Assembly: GCA_041741175.1 (NCBI GenBank)
Contig: JBGSKP010000571.1
Location: forward strand, 3,001-67,000
DNA: 64,000 nucleotides
Reading direction: 5' to 3'
Source of the DNA: Thiocapsa sp.
Lineage (GTDB): Bacteria; Pseudomonadota; Gammaproteobacteria; Chromatiales; Chromatiaceae
Shown here in pieces: positions 9,808 to 19,065 of this stretch. The notes beneath the pieces were generated by a model. That model did not search any database. It was not told where the DNA came from and saw nothing but the letters and a program-made list of their open reading frames with translations. Position 1 is the stretch's first letter; every line of letters starts with the position of its first letter. Made by a program: the position numbers and the translations under genes.

Positions 9808-12003
9808 TCAAAACTTCATCTGAAGTCCTTTGACCTTATTGCGGAAGTCGCGCGTCACGGCCTCCGCATCCTGGTCGCTTGCAATGACCTTCGGGGTCAA
9901 GACCACCACCAATTCGGTTCGCAAGGATTTCTTGCTGCGTTGACCGAAGAGCGGCCCGGCAAAGGGAAGGTTGTAAAGCCCGGGCACGCCCTGGTTGGTG
10001 TCGTTACGCTCATTTTGGATCAACCCCCCGAGCACGACGGCCTGGTTGGAGCGCACAGCAACGGAGCTGTTGATCTTGCGGGTTGAGAAGGTCGGTGAAT
10101 CCAATGTGGATCCGCCACTGCCTCGTTCGTCGACCGTGCTGACCTCCTGCTCGATTGTCATTTGAACGAGGCCTCCCGGAGTGACGCGTGGCTTGACCTT
10201 CAGCTTGACACCTGTCTGCCGGTATTCGATGGAATTCAACACCCGGTCCGCAGCCTGAAGACCCTGCTGTTGGGCGGTTACCGTCGGGACGTCCTTGCCG
10301 ACCTGGATCTGCGCTTCCTGATTGTCCATCACCATCACCGAGGGGGATGAGAGCACATTGACCAGATTATCCTTAGCCAGGGCGCTTAAGGTTGCGCGAA
10401 TCGTATTGGGCCGTGAGATCACAGACCAATTGAAGCCGGGGAAACTCGGGAGAAAACTGGTGTTGGCCGAGTCGCCAGAGCCCAGGCTGAACTGACTTCG
10501 CTGCTCCTCCGTGGCCAGTCCGAAGAAATTCCACTGCACCCCATACTTGAGGTTTCCCTCTAGGGCGATCTCGACGATCGTGGCCTCGATCAGCACCTGA
10601 AGCGGGAGAATATCCAGTTGCTTGAGCGCATCGAGGATCTTTTTGTAGTCCTTTGGGCTCGCCCTGACCATCAGTGAATTATTGGTTGCATCGGCGACGA
10701 TGCTGACTTTGTCGGAGAGTTCGATCTCACGCGTCGAGCTTTTGCGCGGGCCGGACTGCCCCGGTCCACCAAGGCCGCCGTCCGAATCCGAATCCGAGCC
10801 AGCGTCCGAGTCCGAGCTATCACCGAAAGAACCGATTGATGAGCCACTCATTCCAGGGGCAATCCCGCCGACCGATTCGCTGCGCCCTGAGTCCGATCCA
10901 CCGAAGAGTTGCGAGAGCGTGTCGGCCAGATTCTCGGCATCGCCGTGACTGACCCGATAGACGAAGACTCGCTCGGCCGCATCGCCGGTCGCCTCGGCCA
11001 TGTCGAGCCGCTCGATCCAATTGCGCGCCTGGTCCAGATAGCTGGCTTGCGGGGAGACCACGAGCAAGGCATTGGCGGATTCAACCGGGACGAATCGGAA
11101 GACACCTTTCAGCGGGTTGCTACCCTCGTCGCCCAGCAGGGTCTCGAGCTGGGTGACCACTTCGTTGGCCTTGGCATACTCCAGGACGAAAAAGCCGACG
11201 GAGAGTCCGGTCATCCAATCGACATCGAAGACGCGGATGGTATCAAGCAGGTTGCCCATGTCCGGGCTGGTTCCGGCGATGACGATGAGGTTACGGAGAT
11301 TGTCGACGCGAATGACACTCCCGTCGGGCGCCAGAGGCTGAAGGATGTTGCTCATCTCTTCGGCGCCGATGTATTGCAGCGGCACCACCTGGACACTGAA
11401 GCCCTCGGGCAGGGCGCGCCCCGAGTCGCCGAGCTGGGGGACCACCCGACCCTGCACGGCATTCGCCAGGGGAACGACTTCATAGGCACCGCCGGTGTAG
11501 ACGATGGCAGCGTTGTTCATCCGCAAGAGTGTTTCGAGGGTCGGGATCAGATGGTCGCGACGCAGTGGTCGACCGGTCTGCAGGGAGGTGACACCCTGAA
11601 CGGCAGGGTGCAGTGAATAGTTCACCTGCAAGAGGTCGCCAAGAATGACCTTGACGACCTCTCGGATATCGGTTCCGTCGAAATTCAGGGTCACGTCGCC
11701 GGGACTGGTATCGACGCGAGGCGGCTGAATCTCCCGGACGAATGTGCCGGTTCCACGCTTGAGTGAGTCGACCGCCGCGCCGGATGTGTCGTCATCGCCG
11801 TGCAAGGCGATGGTCGCCGCCTCTGTGCCGCCCACGGGCCCGATGCCGGGTAAGCCGCCATCGGCTGCGCGGGTACCTGCGTCCTGCATGGAGTCGACGC
11901 GCACGGTGGGATCCCAATAGGCGCGTTCGCACCCGCTCGTCACCAGCGCGAGGGCGAGCAGAAGAACAAGCCCTGCCGATGGGCCTGGGAGGTTTGGCCG
12001 CAT
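9808..12003 (-). CDS. gspD: T2SS secretin GspD, probable lipoprotein
   Basis: N0-N3 domains (LNFDGTDIREVV), QVLIEATIVE, LSSPSVMVMDNQEAQIQVG, VLGGLI, RTELVVVLTP; lipobox TSG-C. Start uncertain (12003, 12024 or 12087). Confidence 0.95.
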   Translation of the reverse strand: MRPNLPGPSAGLVLLLALALVTSGCERAYWDPTVRVDSMQDAGTRAADGGLPGIGPVGGTEAATIALHGDDDTSGAAVDSLKRGTGTFVREIQPPRVDTSPGDVTLNFDGTDIREVVKVILGDLLQVNYSLHPAVQGVTSLQTGRPLRRDHLIPTLETLLRMNNAAIVYTGGAYEVVPLANAVQGRVVPQLGDSGRALPEGFSVQVVPLQYIGAEEMSNILQPLAPDGSVIRVDNLRNLIVIAGTSPDMGNLLDTIRVFDVDWMTGLSVGFFVLEYAKANEVVTQLETLLGDEGSNPLKGVFRFVPVESANALLVVSPQASYLDQARNWIERLDMAEATGDAAERVFVYRVSHGDAENLADTLSQLFGGSDSGRSESVGGIAPGMSGSSIGSFGDSSDSDAGSDSDSDGGLGGPGQSGPRKSSTREIELSDKVSIVADATNNSLMVRASPKDYKKILDALKQLDILPLQVLIEATIVEIALEGNLKYGVQWNFFGLATEEQRSQFSLGSGDSANTSFLPSFPGFNWSVISRPNTIRATLSALAKDNLVNVLSSPSVMVMDNQEAQIQVGKDVPTVTAQQQGLQAADRVLNSIEYRQTGVKLKVKPRVTPGGLVQMTIEQEVSTVDERGSGGSTLDSPTFSTRKINSSVAVRSNQAVVLGGLIQNERNDTNQGVPGLYNLPFAGPLFGQRSKKSLRTELVVVLTPKVIASDQDAEAVTRDFRNKVKGLQMKF

Positions 12004-12067
12004 GCAGTTGTCGTTGGCATCCATCACTGATTGGTTCGGGTTGGGTCGACGCGGCGGGCCGTCACCA

Positions 12068-12670
12068 CTAGTTATCCTGTGGATCATCTTCGGGGGAGTC
12101 CGCGGGTCGGCGCATCCGGGGCATCCGGGGCATCTGCTCGCGGATACTCATCGGAGAATCGGGTGGCGATACTTTGCCGTAATCGCGCAATATTAGCGCA
12201 TCCTGCACACCCTGTCGCTCAAGCAGGACGCGATCGGGCAGGATGGTTTGAACGGACCAACCGGCGAACTCGTCGCCGATGCGTAGACGACGCAGCCGCT
12301 CCTGGGCCGGATCCTTGACCCAGGCCGAGACCAGCGTCGGGGTGATAATAACCGCACTGAGATCCATACCGGCAAGCGATGCCTCCAGATCGGTTTCAGG
12401 GACGCTGTCCTCGACCGAGTCCGCCTCGTCGTCGGGTCGACGTTCCGGACGAAACAGGGGACGATCGGTCAGGCTTGAATAGGCGTCTTTGCTTTCGGAC
12501 GAGGCAAGTTGATCCAACGGATCAGGCTCGGCCTCTTCTGTGACAGCGGTTTCCGACGACCCTATGTCGTTCAACCCGCCGTTGGGTGAGCCGGGCGGCC
12601 AATCCTTCCACTGATAGACGATCATCAGCGCCAAAGCCAGCAGAAGGCTCCCGGGAAGCCACCTGGTCAC
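12068..12670 (-). CDS. T2SS XpsN-like (GspC-equivalent) protein
   Basis: N-terminal TM helix, RPLFRPERRP motif, LRIGDEFAGWSVQTI HR-like domain; lies between gspM and gspD. Confidence 0.7.
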   Translation of the reverse strand: MTRWLPGSLLLALALMIVYQWKDWPPGSPNGGLNDIGSSETAVTEEAEPDPLDQLASSESKDAYSSLTDRPLFRPERRPDDEADSVEDSVPETDLEASLAGMDLSAVIITPTLVSAWVKDPAQERLRRLRIGDEFAGWSVQTILPDRVLLERQGVQDALILRDYGKVSPPDSPMSIREQMPRMPRMRRPADSPEDDPQDN

Positions 12671-13275
12671 GAATCACCTCCGAGTGTGAAGCCGAAGATG
12701 TCGAGTCTCACGGTGAGCTCTCCCGCTGGATTGATCGGCGGGCGCCGGATCGCGCGGGGATCAGGTGCAATCGACTGAGGGCGGGACGAGGAGCGCACCG
12801 AGACCTGATCAACAAAGAGGAATGGTCGAGCCTGCTCCAGATCGTAGAGGACATCAAGCAGTGTCTCGGTTGACCCCTGGATCTGGGTACGCACCCTGAC
12901 CCGCGGTGGCGTTTCCTCAGCCGGCGCTGGCAGGATCTGGGTGCTGATCAGGCGGCCGTTGGCGGCGGTGACAATGTCCTGAACCTTGCGCTGAAGCTCC
13001 GCTCCGGCCAGCGATTCTGTCGGTGCGTTGAAATAGAACGCCTTGAAGCTTTCGTTGGCGCGAACCCGCTCGAGCTCGAGCTGTAGATCGGGGAGCGTTC
13101 GGATCATGCGACGATAGCGCGCGAGCTGATCTTCGCTGTCGTCGATCGCCGATGCCAGGCGGCCCATCTCGGCGCTCCAGTAGAGCGCGACGGTGCCGAT
13201 GAGCAGCAGGGGAACCGACAGGATCAAAACCCACGCGAGAATACAGACTGCCTTCGATGGCGATTGCGGCTTCAT
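12667..13275 (-). CDS. gspM: T2SS GspM
   Basis: TM helix, coiled coil and ferredoxin-like domain (AGAELQ, LYDLEQARPFLFVD); position in the cluster. Confidence 0.85.
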   Translation of the reverse strand: MKPQSPSKAVCILAWVLILSVPLLLIGTVALYWSAEMGRLASAIDDSEDQLARYRRMIRTLPDLQLELERVRANESFKAFYFNAPTESLAGAELQRKVQDIVTAANGRLISTQILPAPAEETPPRVRVRTQIQGSTETLLDVLYDLEQARPFLFVDQVSVRSSSRPQSIAPDPRAIRRPPINPAGELTVRLDIFGFTLGGDS

Positions 13276-14369
13276 TCGTCCCTTGTGCGCGAGAAACGCA
13301 GTGAGATGTTGAACCTTTCCTTACCGGTCTGGGGAACCTGGGTCACAGGTGAGCGGAATGTCACCTCGTCGATGCCCGGTGCCTGCTCCAATAAGGCAAT
13401 TAATGCAGTCGCCTGTCCGGATTCGCCGCGCAGCTCGACCTGACCACTGTTGTAGTCGAGTGTCTGGATCCAGGTATCGTCCGGGATACGGTCGCTCAGC
13501 TCGCGCAGCAGAACCAGAATATTCGGCTCGTCCCATTTCTGCTGTAGCACAGCCGTGCTGCCGAGGCGCGCCCGCTCCAGTTCCTGGCGTAGATCGTCGA
13601 CCGCTACCGCCTCGCCGCGTGCTCGCCGCATCTCGGCGTCGAGCATCGAGGCATACTGCCGTTGCTGCCAGAGCGGTCCGATCAGTGCGGCAAGCATGAG
13701 TGTAACGGCCGCCACCCACAACAGCGTATCGAGTCGCAAGACCCCAAGTCGGCGTTTGGGTCTCTCCTCCACCGGCAGCAGGTTTGCCGAGGGCCATGCG
13801 CCTTTCCAGGAGATGCAATCAATTGGGGCGCCCGCGTCGCGCATCCGTTTGATCCACGCCTCGACAAGGTCGCGCCGGCACAGTGCGAGGTCGACAGTCA
13901 GACGCGGCGCCGCCTTAGGACCCGGCCGTAGGGCGAAATCGTGAAGCACGTCGCTGGCTTGAAACGGGGAGAGTCGGTCCAGCTCGTAGCGGATCACCTG
14001 CGGGAGGTTGCCGCGCACCTGTGCGGGGAGCGATACGCTGCGTGTCAGAATGATCTCGGAGGGCATCATCAAGACGCGCTTAGGGGCCGGATCATGGGTG
14101 GAGTGCGCGATCTCGGGCAGGGGCATAAAGGCGTCGAGATCAAGCTCGCCGGCCGGCTCACGCTGCTCGCCGATGGCCAGGACGAGCTGTGCCTTCGATC
14201 CAGCGGGTTCGATGAGGAGGCGGCGGTCGAGATGGGCCAGGAGCAACTGGATCCGCTCCGGTAGACAGGCAATCAACGCGCTCCGGGCCGTGGCATAGAC
14301 GTCATCGAGGCTCATCCCGAGGCCGGTCGACCGCCGACTGAAGCTATTAAGACGATCGATCAGTGCCAT
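13272..14369 (-). CDS. gspL: T2SS GspL (PilN-domain)
   Basis: LP..V..NL..VIRYELDRLSPF, ANLLP, TM helix, LSDRIPDDTWI, FRSPV, ERF. Confidence 0.85.
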   Translation of the reverse strand: MALIDRLNSFSRRSTGLGMSLDDVYATARSALIACLPERIQLLLAHLDRRLLIEPAGSKAQLVLAIGEQREPAGELDLDAFMPLPEIAHSTHDPAPKRVLMMPSEIILTRSVSLPAQVRGNLPQVIRYELDRLSPFQASDVLHDFALRPGPKAAPRLTVDLALCRRDLVEAWIKRMRDAGAPIDCISWKGAWPSANLLPVEERPKRRLGVLRLDTLLWVAAVTLMLAALIGPLWQQRQYASMLDAEMRRARGEAVAVDDLRQELERARLGSTAVLQQKWDEPNILVLLRELSDRIPDDTWIQTLDYNSGQVELRGESGQATALIALLEQAPGIDEVTFRSPVTQVPQTGKERFNISLRFSRTRDE

Positions 14370-14474
14370 AAGTTTCAGTCTGAATCTGTCGGTCAGTCGA
14401 AAAGGAAGTCAGATGCCGTCCATCCTGGTGAGTTCTTCCGAAAAGTGTAAGTCCACCTGCGTTTGTGGTACCAG

Positions 14475-15392
14475 TCACCCGGATCCGGAATCACCATCTG
14501 GTGCCGCCGCCGGCGCGGCGGGTAACCCAAAGCGGCGCCAACGGATCTGGTAAGGTGGCTGCTGGCCGGACATCACTTCAACCAGTGCCTCCATGCGGCG
14601 TCCGGCGCCATCCGCGCCAACCTCACTGACATCGATGCGGTAGAGTGGGCCGGCACGATCGACGACCCGTGGCCCGCCGCTGTCCTCGAACAGCGGTGAA
14701 TCACGCTCGGCAATAAGTCTCTGCGCATTGTCCAACGGAATCCCCTGTGTCGCCGCCATGGCCGCAGCGGAGGCGAACCGATCATCGAGTTCACCGCCTT
14801 CAAGATCCACACTCACCTCGGGGGCGAGCCGTCGATAGATCTCGGGGGTCATTCCAAGGACCTGCATGAGCTCCTCGACCAGGTTGAACGGCATATCTTT
14901 GGCCCCGATCGCACGCCCGGCATCGAGATAGTCCGAATCCTCGGCGCCGTTGAGCAATGACGCATCGTTCTCGTCGCGCCAATCAACGATGGCCGAGGCC
15001 AGTGACGAGGCCGGATCCTCCTCCATGCCCAACGCCACCAGCAAAGCCGACAGCAACTCGGGTGTTGCCTCGTTCAGATCGATCCGGGATGCCTCGTTAA
15101 ACACCCGGATCATCAGATCGACCTCCGCGAACCGCCAGGGCAAAGCCGCGCCGTTCGGCAACCAGACGGGAATGACCTCATCGGTTGTCTCGGGCGGCGG
15201 CATTGCAAAAACCAGGGCCGCGAACGCAATAGCCGCCTCGGATACGGCTCTGAAGCGGGCGGCCGCGATATGATTCTCGCTAAGTGCCGTCTCGGTGCGC
15301 TGCGCTGCGGTCATGCCGACCGCCATGACGGTCAGCAGGGTGAGAACCCAAAGCACCAGGACCAGGGCGATTCCTCTCTGACGCGCCGCCAT
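14475..15392 (-). CDS. gspK: T2SS minor pseudopilin GspK
   Basis: QRG-IALVLVLW prepilin site, EASRIDLN, AIVDWRD, GAE..Y, F..VEELMQVLGM. Confidence 0.92.
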   Translation of the reverse strand: MAARQRGIALVLVLWVLTLLTVMAVGMTAAQRTETALSENHIAAARFRAVSEAAIAFAALVFAMPPPETTDEVIPVWLPNGAALPWRFAEVDLMIRVFNEASRIDLNEATPELLSALLVALGMEEDPASSLASAIVDWRDENDASLLNGAEDSDYLDAGRAIGAKDMPFNLVEELMQVLGMTPEIYRRLAPEVSVDLEGGELDDRFASAAAMAATQGIPLDNAQRLIAERDSPLFEDSGGPRVVDRAGPLYRIDVSEVGADGAGRRMEALVEVMSGQQPPYQIRWRRFGLPAAPAAAPDGDSGSG

Positions 15393-15406
15393 GACAACTC
15401 TCTCGG

Positions 15407-16129
15407 TCAATACTGTGCTGCCGCAAGACTGACCATGAGGTCCGGCCAGGACTGAGCCGGTGTCGCCAGACGAATCTGCAACAGGCTTGGCAGGGTCGAC
15501 TGCCCGAACCACTCCTCGTGCCAATCGGGCTCGGTTTCACCGTCCGCCGTGCCGAAATAGGCGATGGCGAACTCTGCAACAGGGCTCAACAGTAAGGTTC
15601 GACCAAAAGCCCCGGCTGCAACGTCCGTATTCGGGGGGATCTCGTCCAGCGAGAGCTTGGACTCCGCTTCCAGGGGTTCCCAGCTCGGGATGTCGTCCGA
15701 CCCCTCGAGCACCTCGGGATGGATCAGCCAATAGGTCAACACGAGCGCCTCGCTATCGTCCAGCGCGACGAGACCGAGGCGCAGGATGTACAGACCGGGC
15801 ACCCCGACCTGCTCGGACAGCGGCGCGGCGAACTCAAGCCGTTCGCTATCCCCGGCAAAGACGGTGAGCGTCTCGGCCTCGACCATCACAGTCGTCGGTC
15901 TGGCCTGGCTGAGGGTCGACATCAGGAAATCCCGCGTGATGCGCACCTCGGAGACCCGCTCGGAGACCGCCTCAACGCTCTCCCAGGCGCGCGAGCCCAG
16001 GCTCAATCCGGAAAACAGCATCAGGGTGATCAAACTGACGATCGCCAGTGCGATCAGCAACTCGACCAGAGTGAAGCCCCGCTGCTTGAGGTATACCGAA
16101 ACCTGCCGCCCAACAGGGCCTGAAGTCAT
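15407..16129 (-). CDS. gspJ: T2SS minor pseudopilin GspJ
   Basis: QRG-FTLVELLIAL N-methylation motif; W..EW...LP C-terminal motif. Confidence 0.88.
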   Translation of the reverse strand: MTSGPVGRQVSVYLKQRGFTLVELLIALAIVSLITLMLFSGLSLGSRAWESVEAVSERVSEVRITRDFLMSTLSQARPTTVMVEAETLTVFAGDSERLEFAAPLSEQVGVPGLYILRLGLVALDDSEALVLTYWLIHPEVLEGSDDIPSWEPLEAESKLSLDEIPPNTDVAAGAFGRTLLLSPVAEFAIAYFGTADGETEPDWHEEWFGQSTLPSLLQIRLATPAQSWPDLMVSLAAAQY

Positions 16130-16225
16130 GCCATTCAAAATCCTAAACCGCGTCAGTGACGACGCACAGAGATAGATTCGAGACCGAGCCAAAGCGAACG
16201 TAGCGCATCTGAGACCGGACGCGGC

Positions 16226-16633
16226 TTAGAAGCGCTCACCGAGCCGCAATGTTGACAGGGTCACGCGCCGCACTTGAGTGCCGTCCTGCCAGATCGCGGT
16301 CGCGTTGACCCGATAGGGGCTCGCCGGGGGTTCCGCACCAAATTCTTCCCCGAGCTCCATTGGCAGGATCGAGACCTCCCAGGCGATGCCCTCTTCGGGA
16401 TCGCCCGCAACCGTACCCTCCTCCAGCGCAATGGTGCTACCGACCTGATTGAGCTTGGCCTCGGCCAGCGAAGCGGCGCGACTGTATTGGGATGAGACCA
16501 GCGTTGTCTGGCTCGCCTGCGAGAAGATCTGCATCAAGACGCCGAGCGAAATTGACAGGATCGCAAAGGCGACGAGCACCTCCAGCAGGGAGAAGCCTGT
16601 TTGATGCACGCGACCCAGACGCGTGGTGTTCAT
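16226..16633 (-). CDS. gspI: T2SS minor pseudopilin GspI
   Basis: G-FSLLEVLVAFAIL; ends LSTLRL. Confidence 0.88.
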   Translation of the reverse strand: MNTTRLGRVHQTGFSLLEVLVAFAILSISLGVLMQIFSQASQTTLVSSQYSRAASLAEAKLNQVGSTIALEEGTVAGDPEEGIAWEVSILPMELGEEFGAEPPASPYRVNATAIWQDGTQVRRVTLSTLRLGERF

Positions 16634-16658
16634 GGCGTCCCGATCATCATCGTTGGAC

Positions 16659-17120
16659 CTATTGCTCCCAAGTCGCCATGCGCACGCGCCCCGTCAACCA
16701 ACTAACCCCCACCTGATAGCCCGCATCACCGGATGCCAGGATTATCCGCCCGCCGGTGGAGCTGCCGTCCGGGAAGAAACGGATTCCCCCGCGCTGCGCG
16801 TCGATCATCTCGCGATCGGCCGCTTCGAGCTGCAGGTGAAGGCGCTTGGGGATGCTCAGATTACGGTGTCCGGGAAGCTCCAGCCGATGCCCCTCGACAT
16901 CAATGACGAGGACAACATCCTCACCCTGGCGAATTGCCAGCTCACGCGCAAGACGCAGGCTGCTGAGCGTACGCCGGGCGGCAGCCTTCATCTCCACGCC
17001 GGGCATGGCCGATGAGAACATCGGCGGTACGGCCGACATGGCAAGCGCGGCGATCGCCATGACAACCAGAAGTTCCACCAGCGTGAAACCCCGATGCCGC
17101 CGCGGCGAACGGGCGATCAA
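16659..17120 (-). CDS. gspH: T2SS minor pseudopilin GspH
   Basis: RG-FTLVELLVV, IRFFPDGSSTGG, V.WLTGRV; TTG start at 17120 chosen to avoid overlapping gspG. Confidence 0.88.
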   Translation of the reverse strand: MIARSPRRHRGFTLVELLVVMAIAALAMSAVPPMFSSAMPGVEMKAAARRTLSSLRLARELAIRQGEDVVLVIDVEGHRLELPGHRNLSIPKRLHLQLEAADREMIDAQRGGIRFFPDGSSTGGRIILASGDAGYQVGVSWLTGRVRMATWEQ

Positions 17121-17157
17121 AGCAAGCCCCTTGCCGACCCCGCGACAAAAGAAGAGG

Positions 17158-17577
17158 TTACTCCCAACTTGCAATATCCGCGTTTTCGCCCTCCCCGCCC
17201 TCCCGGTTATCCGCACCGAGCGACCAGATGTCGAAAGGACCATGCTCGCCGGGAAACCGATATTGATAGTCGAAGCCCCAAGGGTCCTTTGGCACATCGC
17301 CTTTCCTGAGATAGGGGCCGTTCCAGTTCTGGATGTTGGCCGGCTTCTCGACGAGGGCCTGCAGACCCTCTGACTGCGTCGGGTAGCGACCAACCTCGAG
17401 GCGGTACATATCAAGCGTTGCGGCCAGATTTTCGACCTGAAGCTTACCTGTCTTGGTTTTGGATGTGCCCAGGAAGCTCATCACCTGGGGACCGACCAGC
17501 CCGGCGAGCAGGCCCAGGATGGCGAGAACAACGAGCAGCTCGACGAGCGTGAAACCCTGCGTGCGCTTTGTTTTCAT
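17158..17577 (-). CDS. gspG: T2SS major pseudopilin GspG
   Basis: QG-FTLVELLVVLAILGLLAGLVGP, YPT..GL.AL, WNGPYL, PKDPWG, SLGAD..GGEGENADI. Confidence 0.97.
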   Translation of the reverse strand: MKTKRTQGFTLVELLVVLAILGLLAGLVGPQVMSFLGTSKTKTGKLQVENLAATLDMYRLEVGRYPTQSEGLQALVEKPANIQNWNGPYLRKGDVPKDPWGFDYQYRFPGEHGPFDIWSLGADNREGGEGENADIASWE

Positions 17578-17698
17578 GGAATACATTGCTCGATTCGGAT
17601 GCTTTTTGACATCCCGGTGATTGTAAGAGGTTGGTGCCACTGGACCAAGGCGGTTTGAATACGGATCTTCAGCGTTGCCGACCAGGTGAGGACGCGAC

Positions 17699-18907
17699 TC
17701 AGAAAACCAGTTCGTTGGCCCCGAGGATCGCCATCAGGATCGAGATGATGATCCCGGCGACCACGACGCCCAGTCCGATTATGAGAATCGGCTCAAGCAG
17801 TGTGAGCATACTCTGTACACTGGTGCGGGTCTCTCGATCATAAATACTGGCGACCTTCGCAAGCATGCCATCCAGACTCCCGGATTCCTCGCCGACGCGG
17901 ATCATCTGGAGCGCCAGATCCGGCAACACCTTCAGGCGGGACAGGGGTCCGGCGAGACCGCGGCCGTGTTTGAGGTCATCGCCCGCTTCGTTCAACAATC
18001 CGAACAGCTTGCGGTTTGAGACCACTTCCTTGGCGAGCGTCAGCGCGCTAAGCAAAGGCAGTCCATTCTTCAACAGCGTCGCCAGGGTGTGGCAGAGACG
18101 CGCCGTCTCCATCTTCCAGATGAGATCGCCGAACAGCGGGACACTCAGGATCTTATGATCAAAACGGTTACGCACCGCAGGGTTCTGCAACCAGCGTTCC
18201 AGCACAACGGCGATGAGCGCAATCGCGACCAACATGGCCCACCAATAGTTGCGGAATACGTCTCCGGTCGCAACCACGATTTGAGTCGGCAACGGCAGGG
18301 CCTCGCCCATGTCTTCAAAGAGCACGGAGAACTGGGGCACCACAAAGACCAGCAGCATGATCACCGACAGTCCGGCGACCACCAGCAGGATGGATGGATA
18401 GACCAGCGCCGAGATGACCGTCTGACGCAGCTCACCCAGTCGTTCCAGATAATCGGCGAGACGGTCCAGAACCTGGTCCAGGGCGCCGCTCGCCTCGCCG
18501 GCTCGGACCATGTTGATATAGAGCCGCGGAAACTGACCATCCTGCATGTCGAGCGCATTGGAGAAGGTGGCGCCGCCGCGCACGCGTTCCTGCAAATCGG
18601 CGAGGACCTTGACCAGATGCTCCTCCGGCGTGAGATCGACCAGGATCTGAAGCGATCGATCCAGGGTCATCCCGGCCTCCAGGAGGGTCGCCAGCTCACG
18701 GGTGAGGATGCTGACCTCCTTCTGGTTGATCCGGCGACGTCGCGTCCGACCGAATCGGCCACGCAGCCCGGCCGATGAGCGCGTCTCAAGCGGTATCAGC
18801 CCGTCCGACTGGAGTTGACGGACCAAGGCGGCCTCGTTGTCCGCCACGAGTTCACCCTCAATGGCTTCTCCGTCAAGCTTGACAGCCCGGTAGAAATACT
18901 TCGGCAA
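17699..18907 (-). CDS. gspF: T2SS inner-membrane platform protein GspF
   Basis: TRELATLLEAG, RAGEASGAL, SALVYP, VGEESGSL, LLEPILI. Confidence 0.96.
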   Translation of the reverse strand: MPKYFYRAVKLDGEAIEGELVADNEAALVRQLQSDGLIPLETRSSAGLRGRFGRTRRRRINQKEVSILTRELATLLEAGMTLDRSLQILVDLTPEEHLVKVLADLQERVRGGATFSNALDMQDGQFPRLYINMVRAGEASGALDQVLDRLADYLERLGELRQTVISALVYPSILLVVAGLSVIMLLVFVVPQFSVLFEDMGEALPLPTQIVVATGDVFRNYWWAMLVAIALIAVVLERWLQNPAVRNRFDHKILSVPLFGDLIWKMETARLCHTLATLLKNGLPLLSALTLAKEVVSNRKLFGLLNEAGDDLKHGRGLAGPLSRLKVLPDLALQMIRVGEESGSLDGMLAKVASIYDRETRTSVQSMLTLLEPILIIGLGVVVAGIIISILMAILGANELVF

Positions 18908-19065
18908 TTCAGTCCCCCGGTTAAACCCTGTTCGGCGCGTTTCGTGCTGTTGGCTCAGTGGGTCAGATCCGTGTTCATCAACGGGCTTTGGCGCAGACGC
19001 GATTTAAGCTTGGCCCTGGAGCGGCGGACCAGGACGACAGCGCGGGCCGGTCGATGAGCGGCGGT

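Noticed and set aside
12112-12134. GCATCCGGG short tandem repeat
   Set aside because: In-frame low-complexity PRM repeat in the disordered tail of the XpsN-like protein.
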